Made by a program: the position numbers and the translations under genes. The notes below the pieces were generated by a model, which was not told where the DNA came from, did no database searches, and saw only the letters and a program-made list of their open reading frames with translations. A stretch of DNA of 24,317 nucleotides from Kofleriaceae bacterium (GTDB lineage Bacteria > Myxococcota_A > Polyangia > Haliangiales > Haliangiaceae), in NCBI GenBank assembly GCA_033763475.1, contig JANRKM010000012.1, forward strand, positions 1 through 24,317, in the 5' to 3' direction. Positions 7,879-15,687 of this stretch are shown here, piece after piece. Each line of letters starts with the position of its first letter. Position 1 is the stretch's first letter.

Positions 7879-8817
7879 ATGGCCATGCTTCAGGTCGGTC
7901 AAGCCGTCGTGGTTCGAGGTCGTGGGCTCGGCACCGTCGCGAGTGTTCGCGATGACGCGATCATCGTTGCCGAACAGGATCTCGAACCGGGCGAGGAGAG
8001 CCAGTTCGAGATCCCGGTGGAACGTGCTGGCGACGCAATCCGCGCCGTCGCGACGCCGGGGGAAGCCGAGCGCGCGCTCGCGCTCATTGCGACGCGGCCC
8101 GAGCGCTTGCCCGCCGACGAACGCAGCATCGCGTATCGTCGTGCGTTCAAGCGCGGCGACCTCGACGAACAAGCGCGCATGCTCGCGGCGATGTATCGCG
8201 GTCCGGCCGAAACACCGGAGCGGCAGTACCAAGATCTCATTGAGCGAAGCGTTTTTGGCGAGCTGGCCCTCGTGCTCAACACTTCACGGAAAGCGCTGCG
8301 CGCACGGATTCGTGCGGCGGCCCTCGGGGAACCTCCACCCCGCTCACTAGGACTCGCCGATCGCGGGAACGAACTCGCGGCGGTCACGGTTCCGCCGATC
8401 GATGGCTTTGATGCGATCGGCGCGTTCGCGGTCGACGCGAAAATCGGGGTTGGCGAAGCGAATGCGGACGTCGTTCTACCGGCTGAACCTGGCATCTGGC
8501 TTGCGTATGCTGTGCGTGACGAGGACGCCGATGATTTTTCCGAGCTTGTGGCCGTCCACGTGACGCGGATCGGCGAGTTCGCAGAACTTCGTCGACGTGC
8601 GAAGAAAGCGGGCAAGGCTCCGTTCGAGGGCGCGCACATGTCGATCTTCGACGAAGCTGTCGTCGATGACCGCGAAGTTGTCGACCGTATGCTTCAAGCT
8701 GACTGCGAGATCGTTGATGGGCGTAGCGCGTCGCTCGGGCTCGGCGGCGACGGCATCGCAGAGGTTCGAGTTGCGCGCGATGGCGACCGCGCGATCTGCG
8801 TCCGTGTTCTCCTCTGA
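7879..8817 (+). CDS. CarD/CdnL/TRCF-family RNA-polymerase-interacting protein (a divergent CdnL paralogue) with an extra ~150-aa C-terminal domain, tentatively DUF4241-like
   Basis: The N-terminal ~160 aa align with CdnL. LQVGQAVVVRGRGLGTV matches FKTGDKAVYPGQGVGEV. RLPADERSIAYRRAFKRGDLDEQARMLAAMY matches TWNRRYREYMEKIKTGSVFEIAEVLRDLY. PERQYQDLIERSVFGELALVL matches the CdnL C-terminal helix. The C-terminal part (DGFDAIGAFAVD...GLGGDGIAEVRVARDGDRAICVRVLL) is an additional domain. Confidence 0.6.
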   Translation: MAMLQVGQAVVVRGRGLGTVASVRDDAIIVAEQDLEPGEESQFEIPVERAGDAIRAVATPGEAERALALIATRPERLPADERSIAYRRAFKRGDLDEQARMLAAMYRGPAETPERQYQDLIERSVFGELALVLNTSRKALRARIRAAALGEPPPRSLGLADRGNELAAVTVPPIDGFDAIGAFAVDAKIGVGEANADVVLPAEPGIWLAYAVRDEDADDFSELVAVHVTRIGEFAELRRRAKKAGKAPFEGAHMSIFDEAVVDDREVVDRMLQADCEIVDGRSASLGLGGDGIAEVRVARDGDRAICVRVLL

Positions 8818-8830
8818 GCCCAGACGCGTC

Positions 8831-9298
8831 CTACGCGGCGCGCTTGGCCGACGACGACGCAGCGCCCGCGAGGTCGAGTCGGCGCAGCGCATTGACGAGC
8901 TTCGGCATGTCTGCCTTGCCCATCAGCCGCCGCCACGTCTTCTCGGCCTCCATCGTTCCGGCGAGCGCCCAGCGCAGCGCCATCCTTCCGCTCTGCCACT
9001 TCGGCGGCGCGAGCGCGATCGCCGTCGCCTCCGATCGCAGCTCGTCGATCCGGACACACCGTGCGCGGAGGTGGACCTCGGCGAGCGGCTGGCTGCGCTC
9101 GCCCGCGATCTCGGTAAGCAGCGTGTGCCGAACCGGGTAGTAGACGCGTCCGGCTTGCTGGGTCTGCATGCGAACCGCACACGAGCCAAGGATCGCGAGG
9201 TGACGCGCTGCTTCGGCGATCCCGATCGCCCCCGTCTCGACCTCCGACGCCGGCACCGGCAAAGCGTGCGCGTGGACCCACTCGCCGTCGATGCTCAT
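8831..9298 (-). CDS. Hypothetical protein, 155 aa, family not recognised
   Basis: Strong GC3 coding bias on the minus strand. The overlapping plus-strand ORF 8597..9610 is Arg-rich noise. It is convergent with the CdnL-like gene. The 12-mer TATGCGCCCTTG lies 18 nt upstream of its start. Confidence 0.4.
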   Translation of the reverse strand: MSIDGEWVHAHALPVPASEVETGAIGIAEAARHLAILGSCAVRMQTQQAGRVYYPVRHTLLTEIAGERSQPLAEVHLRARCVRIDELRSEATAIALAPPKWQSGRMALRWALAGTMEAEKTWRRLMGKADMPKLVNALRRLDLAGAASSSAKRAA

Positions 9299-9566
9299 GC
9301 GATCGAGCGCGAAGTTATGCGCCCTTGCCGACCGATGTCGACGACGTCGAGCTGCAGCAACATCGCGAGAACCTCGAACACCGGCGAGCCCGCTGGGAAG
9401 TCGCGACGGTCGACGAGATCCTCGCGTACTACGCAGTGCCCGCGCGATCGCGCCCGAAGACCCCGTAGTACGCGTGCGTGGCGCACCGTAGGCGCTGACC
9501 GCTCGGTGCGCGTGCGCAACCTCGCGTGCGCTGACGCGCGGAGGCCCTGGGCGCGCGGCGCGACGC

Positions 9567-10448
9567 TTGCTCGCTGTGCCCTCCCGTGCACACCGTGCCG
9601 GCCGTCGTGATTGCGTCGCTGCTCGGCTCGGTCACGCACGCGGAGGAGTCACCACCGTTGCCTCCCCAGCCGCCTCCGGAGACACGCGCGGCTCGTACAC
9701 GGGCGGGTTGTGGGCGTGGGGCTCGATCGGCAGCTGGCTCCACTACCGCGCGATGATCGGCAACAACCTGAGCCAGTTCGGCGTAGACGCCGGTCAGCTC
9801 GACATGGGATTGCGCACGTATTCGGCTGCGGTGTGGTGGACGACGTCGAACTTCAACCTGTACGAAGCGTACGGCGACTTCGAGGGCCACAAGCACGTCG
9901 CCGCGAGCGTGGGTGCCGCATTCACGCAGAGCCGCGAGGATGCGCAATCGCAGCCCGGCACCAACGCGCCCGAGAACGTGCAGATCCGCGTGTCCGACGG
10001 CCGCGTGATCTTCGATCCCGATGCGTTCGGCCCGGGCACGCAGATCACGCGCGCGACCTACCGCATGCTCGCGATCGACGGCGCCGTGAAGCGGCACGGG
10101 CTCTCGCTCGAAGGCGAGTGGTACTACCGCTGGGTCGACGACCTCGTCGTCCTGGGGCCGGTGCCGTTCACGCATCTGCGCGACACGGGGTTCCAGCTGC
10201 AGGCTGCGGTGATGGTGCGGCCGAAGCAGGTGATGGTGTATGCCGCGGGCTCGAAGATCTTCGGCGAGTACGGAGATCCGTGGGACATCGGCCTCGGCGT
10301 GAACTACTACCCGTTCCACAACCGCGCGATGCGGCTGAACGGCGAGCTCATCATCGTCAACCGCTCCCCCGTCGGCAACCTCAACTCGCCGCTCGTCGTC
10401 GGTGCCGATGGCGTGATCGCCGTGGCCAACCTCGAGCTGTTCTTCTAA
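9567..10448 (+). CDS. Outer-membrane beta-barrel (porin-like) protein. The N-terminus is probably in another frame, with a signal-peptide-like segment at 9586..9680 in the +1 frame.
   Basis: Alternating amphipathic beta-strand patterns: GEWYYRWV, VMVYAAGSKIFG, WDIGLGVNYYPF, LIIVNRSP. The C-terminus ends ...VIAVANLELFF, a terminal-Phe barrel signature. The track frame has no signal peptide. The adjacent frame encodes VPAVVIASLLGSVTHA-EESPPLPPQPPPE, which would join TRGSYTGGLWAW... after a 1-nt indel near 9670–9690. Confidence 0.5.
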   Translation: MLAVPSRAHRAGRRDCVAARLGHARGGVTTVASPAASGDTRGSYTGGLWAWGSIGSWLHYRAMIGNNLSQFGVDAGQLDMGLRTYSAAVWWTTSNFNLYEAYGDFEGHKHVAASVGAAFTQSREDAQSQPGTNAPENVQIRVSDGRVIFDPDAFGPGTQITRATYRMLAIDGAVKRHGLSLEGEWYYRWVDDLVVLGPVPFTHLRDTGFQLQAAVMVRPKQVMVYAAGSKIFGEYGDPWDIGLGVNYYPFHNRAMRLNGELIIVNRSPVGNLNSPLVVGADGVIAVANLELFF

Positions 10449-10460
10449 CGGCGGCGTTCC

Positions 10461-12464
10461 TTATGGTTCGGCGTCGTCGCTCGGCGTGACGTCGAACGGC
10501 GAATCCGACTCGACCTCGTCGGCGTCGTAGTCCCCCGTGTCGGGGAGCCGGCCGCGCTTGTTGGAGCCGAAGCCACCGAGGGCGCCGAACATCCCGCCCG
10601 ACGGCGTGCACGCGGCGACGGGCGCGGCCGGTAGCGCGCGGGCGGATCTGCGCAGCGTGCTGAACGAATGCCGCGCGACGGTGCCGTCGGTGCGGCCGAG
10701 GTAGATGTGGTCGCCCGCGAACACGAGGGACGTGGTGTTGGGCGCGGGCATGACGTCTGCGGACGATGCGCCCGGGCTCCACGCGACCAGCTTGCCGTCG
10801 GCGATCGCCGTGACGACGTCGCGCCCGTTCCACGCGATGGCCCGGTCCTGCGTGGCCTCGTGCGGGAACGCGAGCGAGGCGACGGGCTTGCCGGTCGTGG
10901 CATCCAGCACGGTGATGCCGCGCTCGTCGATGAACGCGACCCGCGCGCCATCGGGCGAGATGGCCGGGCCTTTGCCGCCGCATTCGTAGGGTGCCTCGAC
11001 GACGACCCGACGCTCGATCGCGTCGGCGATCGTGAGTTTGCGCGAGCCGTACATCGCGACGCGACGCCCGTCCGGCGTGGCGGATGCGTGGGCGTCACTG
11101 GTGAGATCCTCCGCGGGCGCCTCGGTGGCCCAGCGTTGTTTCAGCGTCTCGTCGAGCACGAACAACTGGCCGCTCGCCGTGTACCAGACGCCCCCGCCGG
11201 CGACCGGGCCCAGCTCGCGCACGAGGAGGCCGAGGCCGGTCCGGTCAGCGGACAGCGCGACATGATCGATTCGCGTCGCGCCGTGCCAGCGCTCGAGCAC
11301 AGTCTTGTCCCGCGGACGCAGCGTGAGCGCGACCAGCGTGACCTCGTCGTTCGTCGCGGTCGCCAGCACGTCGCGCGCGGGCCCGCCGAGCTCGATGATC
11401 GGCCGCGCGGTCTCGGTCGACCAGATCCACGCAGAGCCGTCGCCGAACGAGTGGGAGACGAGCATGCGCCCCGCGACGTCGAGCTCACGCACCTCGCCGC
11501 GCGTTCCCTCGATCTCTGCGAGCGGCTTCCAGTCGGAGGTGCGCCACAGATGCAACACGTTGTCGTTGCCGCCGAGCGCGAGCAGGTCACCACGCGGCGA
11601 CCAGGCGAGCGTGCGCACGTATGCCTGCGAGCCGCGCAGCGTGGTGACGGGCTCGCCGCCGGGCAGCGCGACCACGCGCACTTCCTCCTCGCACGCGATC
11701 GCGAGCCGATCGCTGGCGGCGTTGATCGCGAGTGCGCCTGGATTGCAGCTGAACGGCACCGACGCGAGGGTCTTGCCGTCGTCGACGCGGTAGACGTCGA
11801 CCTCCCAGTGATCGTGCTTGCCCGAGAACGTGCCGACGGCCAGCAGCGCATGGTCGGGAGACAGCCCGTAGATGCTCGTGTTGCCGAGCGCGAAGATGCG
11901 ATGGCGCTTGCCGGTCGCGAGGTCCCAGATGCCGACGGTTTGCTGCGAGCGGCCTGCGACGACCCACGTGCCGACGATCTCCGGCGACGCGTAGTGCCGC
12001 GAGTGCTCGAGGGCGATGCCCGGCTTGCGACTCGCGAGGTCGAACACGGTGAGCGGGGTCCCCTCCTCGCCGCCGACCACCGCGCGCGTGCCGTCGGAGG
12101 CTACGCGCCTGGCTGCGACTGCGGTGAATGGCGTGGTCTTTCCCGTGCGGACGTCGACGACGACGGGCTTGTCACCGGCGAGGAGGAGCGACTGCGCATC
12201 GAGGAACGCCACGCCGCTGGTCCACGGGAGCAGGCCTTCGGCCACCACGCGGCGCCTGCCGGTACGATCGAACGCGACGACCGATCCGCCCGCGGTGGTG
12301 ACGATGACGTCGTCACCGTGAAACCCGATGTGCTCGAGCGAGCCCGGCACGCGCCACTCCTCGGCGCCGAATACGGCGGCCACCGGATCGCGCTCCGGCG
12401 ACGAGGTGACCTGCGCGCTACCGCACGCCAGTAGGGTCGTAGATACGACGACAGCTCGCAGCAT
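10461..12464 (-). CDS. Lipoprotein with WD40-type beta-propeller repeats. Track ORF 10461..12773; the start was chosen at MLRAVVVSTTLLACG (12464).
   Basis: Signal peptide with lipobox LLAC. Multiple WD-like repeats: LAWSPRGDLLALGGNDNVLHLWRTSD, VSHSFGDGSAWIWS, ALSADRTGLGLLV and others. Strong GC3. The overlapping antisense ORF 10668..12434 was rejected. Confidence 0.65.
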   Translation of the reverse strand: MLRAVVVSTTLLACGSAQVTSSPERDPVAAVFGAEEWRVPGSLEHIGFHGDDVIVTTAGGSVVAFDRTGRRRVVAEGLLPWTSGVAFLDAQSLLLAGDKPVVVDVRTGKTTPFTAVAARRVASDGTRAVVGGEEGTPLTVFDLASRKPGIALEHSRHYASPEIVGTWVVAGRSQQTVGIWDLATGKRHRIFALGNTSIYGLSPDHALLAVGTFSGKHDHWEVDVYRVDDGKTLASVPFSCNPGALAINAASDRLAIACEEEVRVVALPGGEPVTTLRGSQAYVRTLAWSPRGDLLALGGNDNVLHLWRTSDWKPLAEIEGTRGEVRELDVAGRMLVSHSFGDGSAWIWSTETARPIIELGGPARDVLATATNDEVTLVALTLRPRDKTVLERWHGATRIDHVALSADRTGLGLLVRELGPVAGGGVWYTASGQLFVLDETLKQRWATEAPAEDLTSDAHASATPDGRRVAMYGSRKLTIADAIERRVVVEAPYECGGKGPAISPDGARVAFIDERGITVLDATTGKPVASLAFPHEATQDRAIAWNGRDVVTAIADGKLVAWSPGASSADVMPAPNTTSLVFAGDHIYLGRTDGTVARHSFSTLRRSARALPAAPVAACTPSGGMFGALGGFGSNKRGRLPDTGDYDADEVESDSPFDVTPSDDAEP

Positions 12465-12515
12465 GATGCCCGGCGAGTATCGCCGAGCCAGGGCCTCGGG
12501 CGGTACATCACATCG

Positions 12516-12800
12516 GTGACCATCTGGCAGTTCTCGACGCCACCGACCCAGCCGCGCTCCCCCGAGGTCGTCCTCGTTGCCTTCGGACGCGGCCCGCTCA
12601 CCGGTCCGCTCGAGCTGCCCGCGGCCGCTGCCGAGCTGTGCGAGCTGCGCACCATCGATCGGCGCGTCGCGCCCGACTGGTTCGATGCCTGGCGCGGCGG
12701 CTCGCTGCGCGCGATCGCCGAGAAGGACCTCGGCCCGCAGCTCGCCGACCTCGACGCCAGCGATCACGCGCACGTGATCACGAGCGCCCCCAAAGCACCC
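12516..12800 (+). CDS. Possible small protein or gene remnant (…DWFDAWRGGSLRAIAEKDLGPQLADLDASDHAHVIT…). The 3' end is uncertain because it runs into the palindrome-rich 12782..12886 segment.
   Basis: High GC3 in this frame between 12516 and about 12790. No recognisable family. It is divergent from the WD40 gene with only ~50 bp between the starts. Confidence 0.2.
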
Positions 12801-12886
12801 GCTGACCTCGGCTACCTATGCGCATCACTTTCGGAGCGCCCAGGTGGATCAGTTTGGGGGCGCCGGAATCACCTGGCTGGGCGCGG
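12782..12886 (+). promoter_or_regulatory. Interleaved palindromes in the leader region upstream of the YARHG gene. Stem 1 is GCGCCCCCAAA (12784–94) with TTTGGGGGCGC (12853–63). Stem 2 is GCGCCCAGGTGG (12836–47) with CACCTGGctGGGCGC (12870–84). CTATGCGCATCAC sits in the loop of stem 1. This gives a pseudoknot-like topology.
   Basis: Read directly. The 5' arm of stem 2 lies inside the loop of stem 1, and its 3' arm lies downstream of stem 1. The whole segment is ~130 nt upstream of ATG 13013. Confidence 0.4.
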
Positions 12887-13012
12887 TGGAATAGCCAGAT
12901 GCGGCAACACGTTCCGATGAGTGTCGAAGGCCGCCGTCCGTGCGCTCGTGTCCGGGTGCTCCGACGCGCGTGGTACGTTCGCGCTTGCTCGCACACGTCA
13001 CCCGGGTAACCC

Positions 13013-14394
13013 ATGAGAAGCGTGCTCCTGTTCACGTCGCTGGTCCCCCTCGCCGTGGTGGATGCGGCAAGTCCGATTCGACACGGTCCGCCTCCCCCCC
13101 GGGCGCGACGAGCCCGGCCATCCCGTCGGCTGGGACCGCCGCGCCCGCGGCGCCCGCGGGCACGGAGCCGAGGTTCGATCCGGCGACGATGTGCGAGTCG
13201 CGATGCCTCCTTTTGACCCAGCATCCGCTGGGCAACCTGGCCTTCGGAAACAGCTACTGCAAGGCCTGCGGCGACCGCGATCCGAAGGCCTGCGAGGGTG
13301 TCACTCCCTTCTTCGATTCCAACAGCTGTGCGGAGGCCGACGAGCTCAGGAACTGCATCTACGCGGCCTACGGCAACCCCTTCAAGAAGCCCAAGTGGCA
13401 GAAGCACTTCGCCAAGGAGCCTTGGTACAAGCCGAACCCCGCGTTCGACGAGTCCATGCTCTCCAAGGTCGCGCGGCAGAACGTCACGGAGCTGAAGAAG
13501 CTGGGGTGCACCGCGGTGCGCGCGAAGGCCAACGACGGCACCCCCGCGCATCCGTTGAACGAGCGCGGCGGCTGGAGCCTGCGCGAGGATCTCGACGGCG
13601 ACGGGATGCCGGAGAGCATCGAGGCCGAGAAGGCGCAGCTTCGCGTCGGGGAGCGGACGACCGAGACCGGGCTCGAGTCGTGGGACTACGAGAACGGCGA
13701 CATCTTCATCGTCGACCTCGACCGGTCCGACAAGCTGCGGGAGGTCGCCATCCTCAGGCGCGGCGACGACGACTACGCGGAGACGACGTTCTACCGCTAC
13801 GCCGACGGGAAGCTCTGGTCGTTGGGGGCCGTCGAGAACTGGGTGCAGCCCGGCGAGCTCGCGGGCGACGGCACGGTGAGCGAGACGTCCGGGCAGTGCG
13901 GCGTCACCCTCGTCGTGCGGTACGCGATCAGGAAGGGGGAGCTTCAGGAGATCGAGCGCAATGAGACGGGCAAGCGAGAGCCCGACTGCGAAGAGTCGGC
14001 GTGCCCGCACGTCTTCGTCGCGCAGGCGGACGGTCGTTTTCGCTACGTCGGCGAGATCCTGCGTGACCTCGTCGGATCCTCCGCGCGCGCCCGTCAGGCG
14101 CTGCCCCTGGCTGCGGCCGACGCCCATGACGGGAAGATCGTCGTGCGGATCTCCGAGCGCGAGAGCGAGACCACGTTCCTCGACGACATCTACCTGTCGG
14201 TAGGTGGCGTCCGAGTCGCGCCGAGCGCGTGTGCAGCGGGTCCCTCACCGTCGCCCCCCGCGGAGTGCGTGTCGGATGGGCTCATGCGACGCCTCGAGTA
14301 CGGCGACGACTTGCTCCTCGAGTTCATGGTCGGCCGTGTGCCCCACCGTGCCGAGGTGACGCTCTGGGGCACCGGCTACTATGTGCGGCGGTAG
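13013..14394 (+). CDS. Secreted YARHG-domain protein. A frameshift at a C7 homopolymer (13094–13100) separates the signal peptide from the body.
   Basis: MRSVLLFTSLVPLAVVDAAS (ORF 13013..13216) is a signal peptide. With one extra C in the C7 run it continues in frame as GPPPPPGATSPAIPSAGTAAPAAPAGTEP...MCESRC… (ORF 12940..14394). LRNCIYAAYGNPFKKPKWQKHFAKEPWYKPNPAFDESMLSKVARQNVTELKKL matches the YARHG domain consensus (lRNeIyARhGy.F....w...F....WY.pn). Confidence 0.6.
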
Positions 14395-15070
14395 CGTGCC
14401 CGGCACGGCTTCCGCGACCGCGGGGCGTGTCCGCGGTGGGCTCACCCTCATCCTCGTGGCGTGGATCGTCGACGCGATCGCCGGGGGAGCGCTCCGCACC
14501 GCGGAGCACGTCCTCCTCGCGGAGTTTCACGCGCACCCCGAGAGCGTGGCGCATCCGTCGTCCTGGTTTCCCGTCATCGATGCCGGGCAACTGGCGATCT
14601 ACCTCGCGGTCACGGTCATGCTGTGCGTCGGGATCGCTCGGATCGCCGGGCCACGTGAGTCGTCCCTCGGCGCCGGCGTGGCACGTGCCGCCGCCACGCT
14701 CCTCGTGGTCGACGCCGTCGCGGGCACCATGTGGCCGAGCGTCGCGGCCCGCATCCTCTCCGTCGACGCGATGATCAGCGCGATGCGCGTCGCCGGAATC
14801 GTCGGCGTGCTCAGCCGCGGCACCGCGCTCGTGTTGCTCGCGCTCTTGCTCCGGGTGGGGGCGCGACGGATCGGGCGCGACGTCGACACGCTCTCCTCTG
14901 CGACCGTTGGGTTGGTGGTCGTCAACTCGATCGTACGGTGGCAGATGAGCTCGCTCGAGACGCCGCTCGTTTGGGTGCTCCTCGAAGTGACGTGCGCCGG
15001 TGTGGCGCTGCTCTTCGTCTTGATCACCGTGCGGCTGCGGCGCGCCCTCGCCGCGACCCCCGGCACGTAA
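14381..15070 (+). CDS. Hypothetical polytopic membrane protein with about 5–6 TM helices. The start may be GTG 14396.
   Basis: Successive hydrophobic segments: LTLILVAWIVDAIAGGAL, LAIYLAVTVMLCVGIARIAG, AAATLLVVDAVAGTMW, VAGIVGVLSRGTALVLLALLL, VWVLLEVTCAGVALLFVLITV. The antisense ORF 14324..15214 is Arg/Asp-rich noise. Confidence 0.45.
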   Translation: MCGGSVPGTASATAGRVRGGLTLILVAWIVDAIAGGALRTAEHVLLAEFHAHPESVAHPSSWFPVIDAGQLAIYLAVTVMLCVGIARIAGPRESSLGAGVARAAATLLVVDAVAGTMWPSVAARILSVDAMISAMRVAGIVGVLSRGTALVLLALLLRVGARRIGRDVDTLSSATVGLVVVNSIVRWQMSSLETPLVWVLLEVTCAGVALLFVLITVRLRRALAATPGT

Positions 15071-15131
15071 GCTGGATACGCCGCGTTCGAGCTCGTCCAA
15101 CCGCGGCCGCAGGGCGCCTGAAGACGAGGTC

Positions 15132-15687
15132 ATGATGAACTCTCCGAACAGAATTCTCCCGGTCTTGGTGCTGGTCGTTGGCTGCTGGAGGCAGGGGGGC
15201 CGGTTCGCGCCCAACGCCGAACGCGCCCGCAGCGGGGGGCGAGCGCGTCGAGCCGACCCTCCTCGAGCCCGGTGACCGTGTGCGCGTCGACCTCGACGCG
15301 GACGGCACTGCCGAGTTGGTCGAGCTCGATGCGGCCGGCCAACTGCACATCGATGGACAGGCCATCACGTGCCGAGGCGCGCTGACCCACGAGCTCATCG
15401 ACTTGGATCCGAGGGACCCGCTCATGGAGGTGTGGGCCTACGCCGAGCTCGGCGACGACGATTGGGTGAACTGCTACTTCACGAAGGCCGGAGGGGGCGT
15501 CGACCAGCTGGAGCTCGCGCGGACGGAGGTCGACGATGAGGGCCGGATCCTAGACGCCGGCACCTGCTACAGCCCGCCCGGCGCCTACCGACACACGGCC
15601 AAGGGGTTCGAGGCCGTCAAGGACGCCGAGGCCGTCGGCGAGTTCGAGCCGGGAGCCGACTGTTGCGAAGGCCCCGACTGTCCGTGA
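15132..15687 (+). CDS. Lipoprotein with a frameshift at a G6 homopolymer (15194–15199). Cys-containing C-terminus …GADCCEGPDCP.
   Basis: ATG 15132 encodes MMNSPNRILPVLVLVVGC, a lipobox VVGC, in frame 0. The body (track ORF 15178..15687) is in the +1 frame. Deleting one G from the G6 run joins them as ...VVGCWRQGAGSRPTPNAPAAGGERVEPTLLEPGDRV…. Confidence 0.45.

Noticed and set aside
7736-8232. Upstream extension of the minus ORF 7387..8232 (MVLPLRCFGRT…)
   Set aside because: It is antisense to the CdnL-like gene. The H1-like/VOC gene most plausibly starts at MAMKV (7735).
8597-9610. 337-aa plus-strand ORF
   Set aside because: It is an Arg-rich antisense frame of the 8831..9298 gene and the upstream leader. 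It has no coding signature.
10668-12434. 588-aa plus-strand ORF
   Set aside because: It is antisense to the WD40 lipoprotein gene. Its extreme Arg/Asp/Gly content with no domain signature marks it as an open antisense frame caused by GC3 bias.
13170-13190. GGTTCGATCC tRNA T-loop-like motif; similar partial T-loop matches at 5085 and 16085
   Set aside because: No acceptor-stem or anticodon-arm complementarity in the surrounding 80 nt. The 13176 site is inside a coding region. No tRNA gene could be supported in this window.
12778-14127. 449-aa minus-strand ORF
   Set aside because: It is antisense to the YARHG gene. The translation is Arg/Gly/Leu-rich with no structure.
14324-15214. 296-aa minus-strand ORF
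   Set aside because: It is antisense to the polytopic membrane-protein gene, with Arg/Asp/Glu-rich noise.
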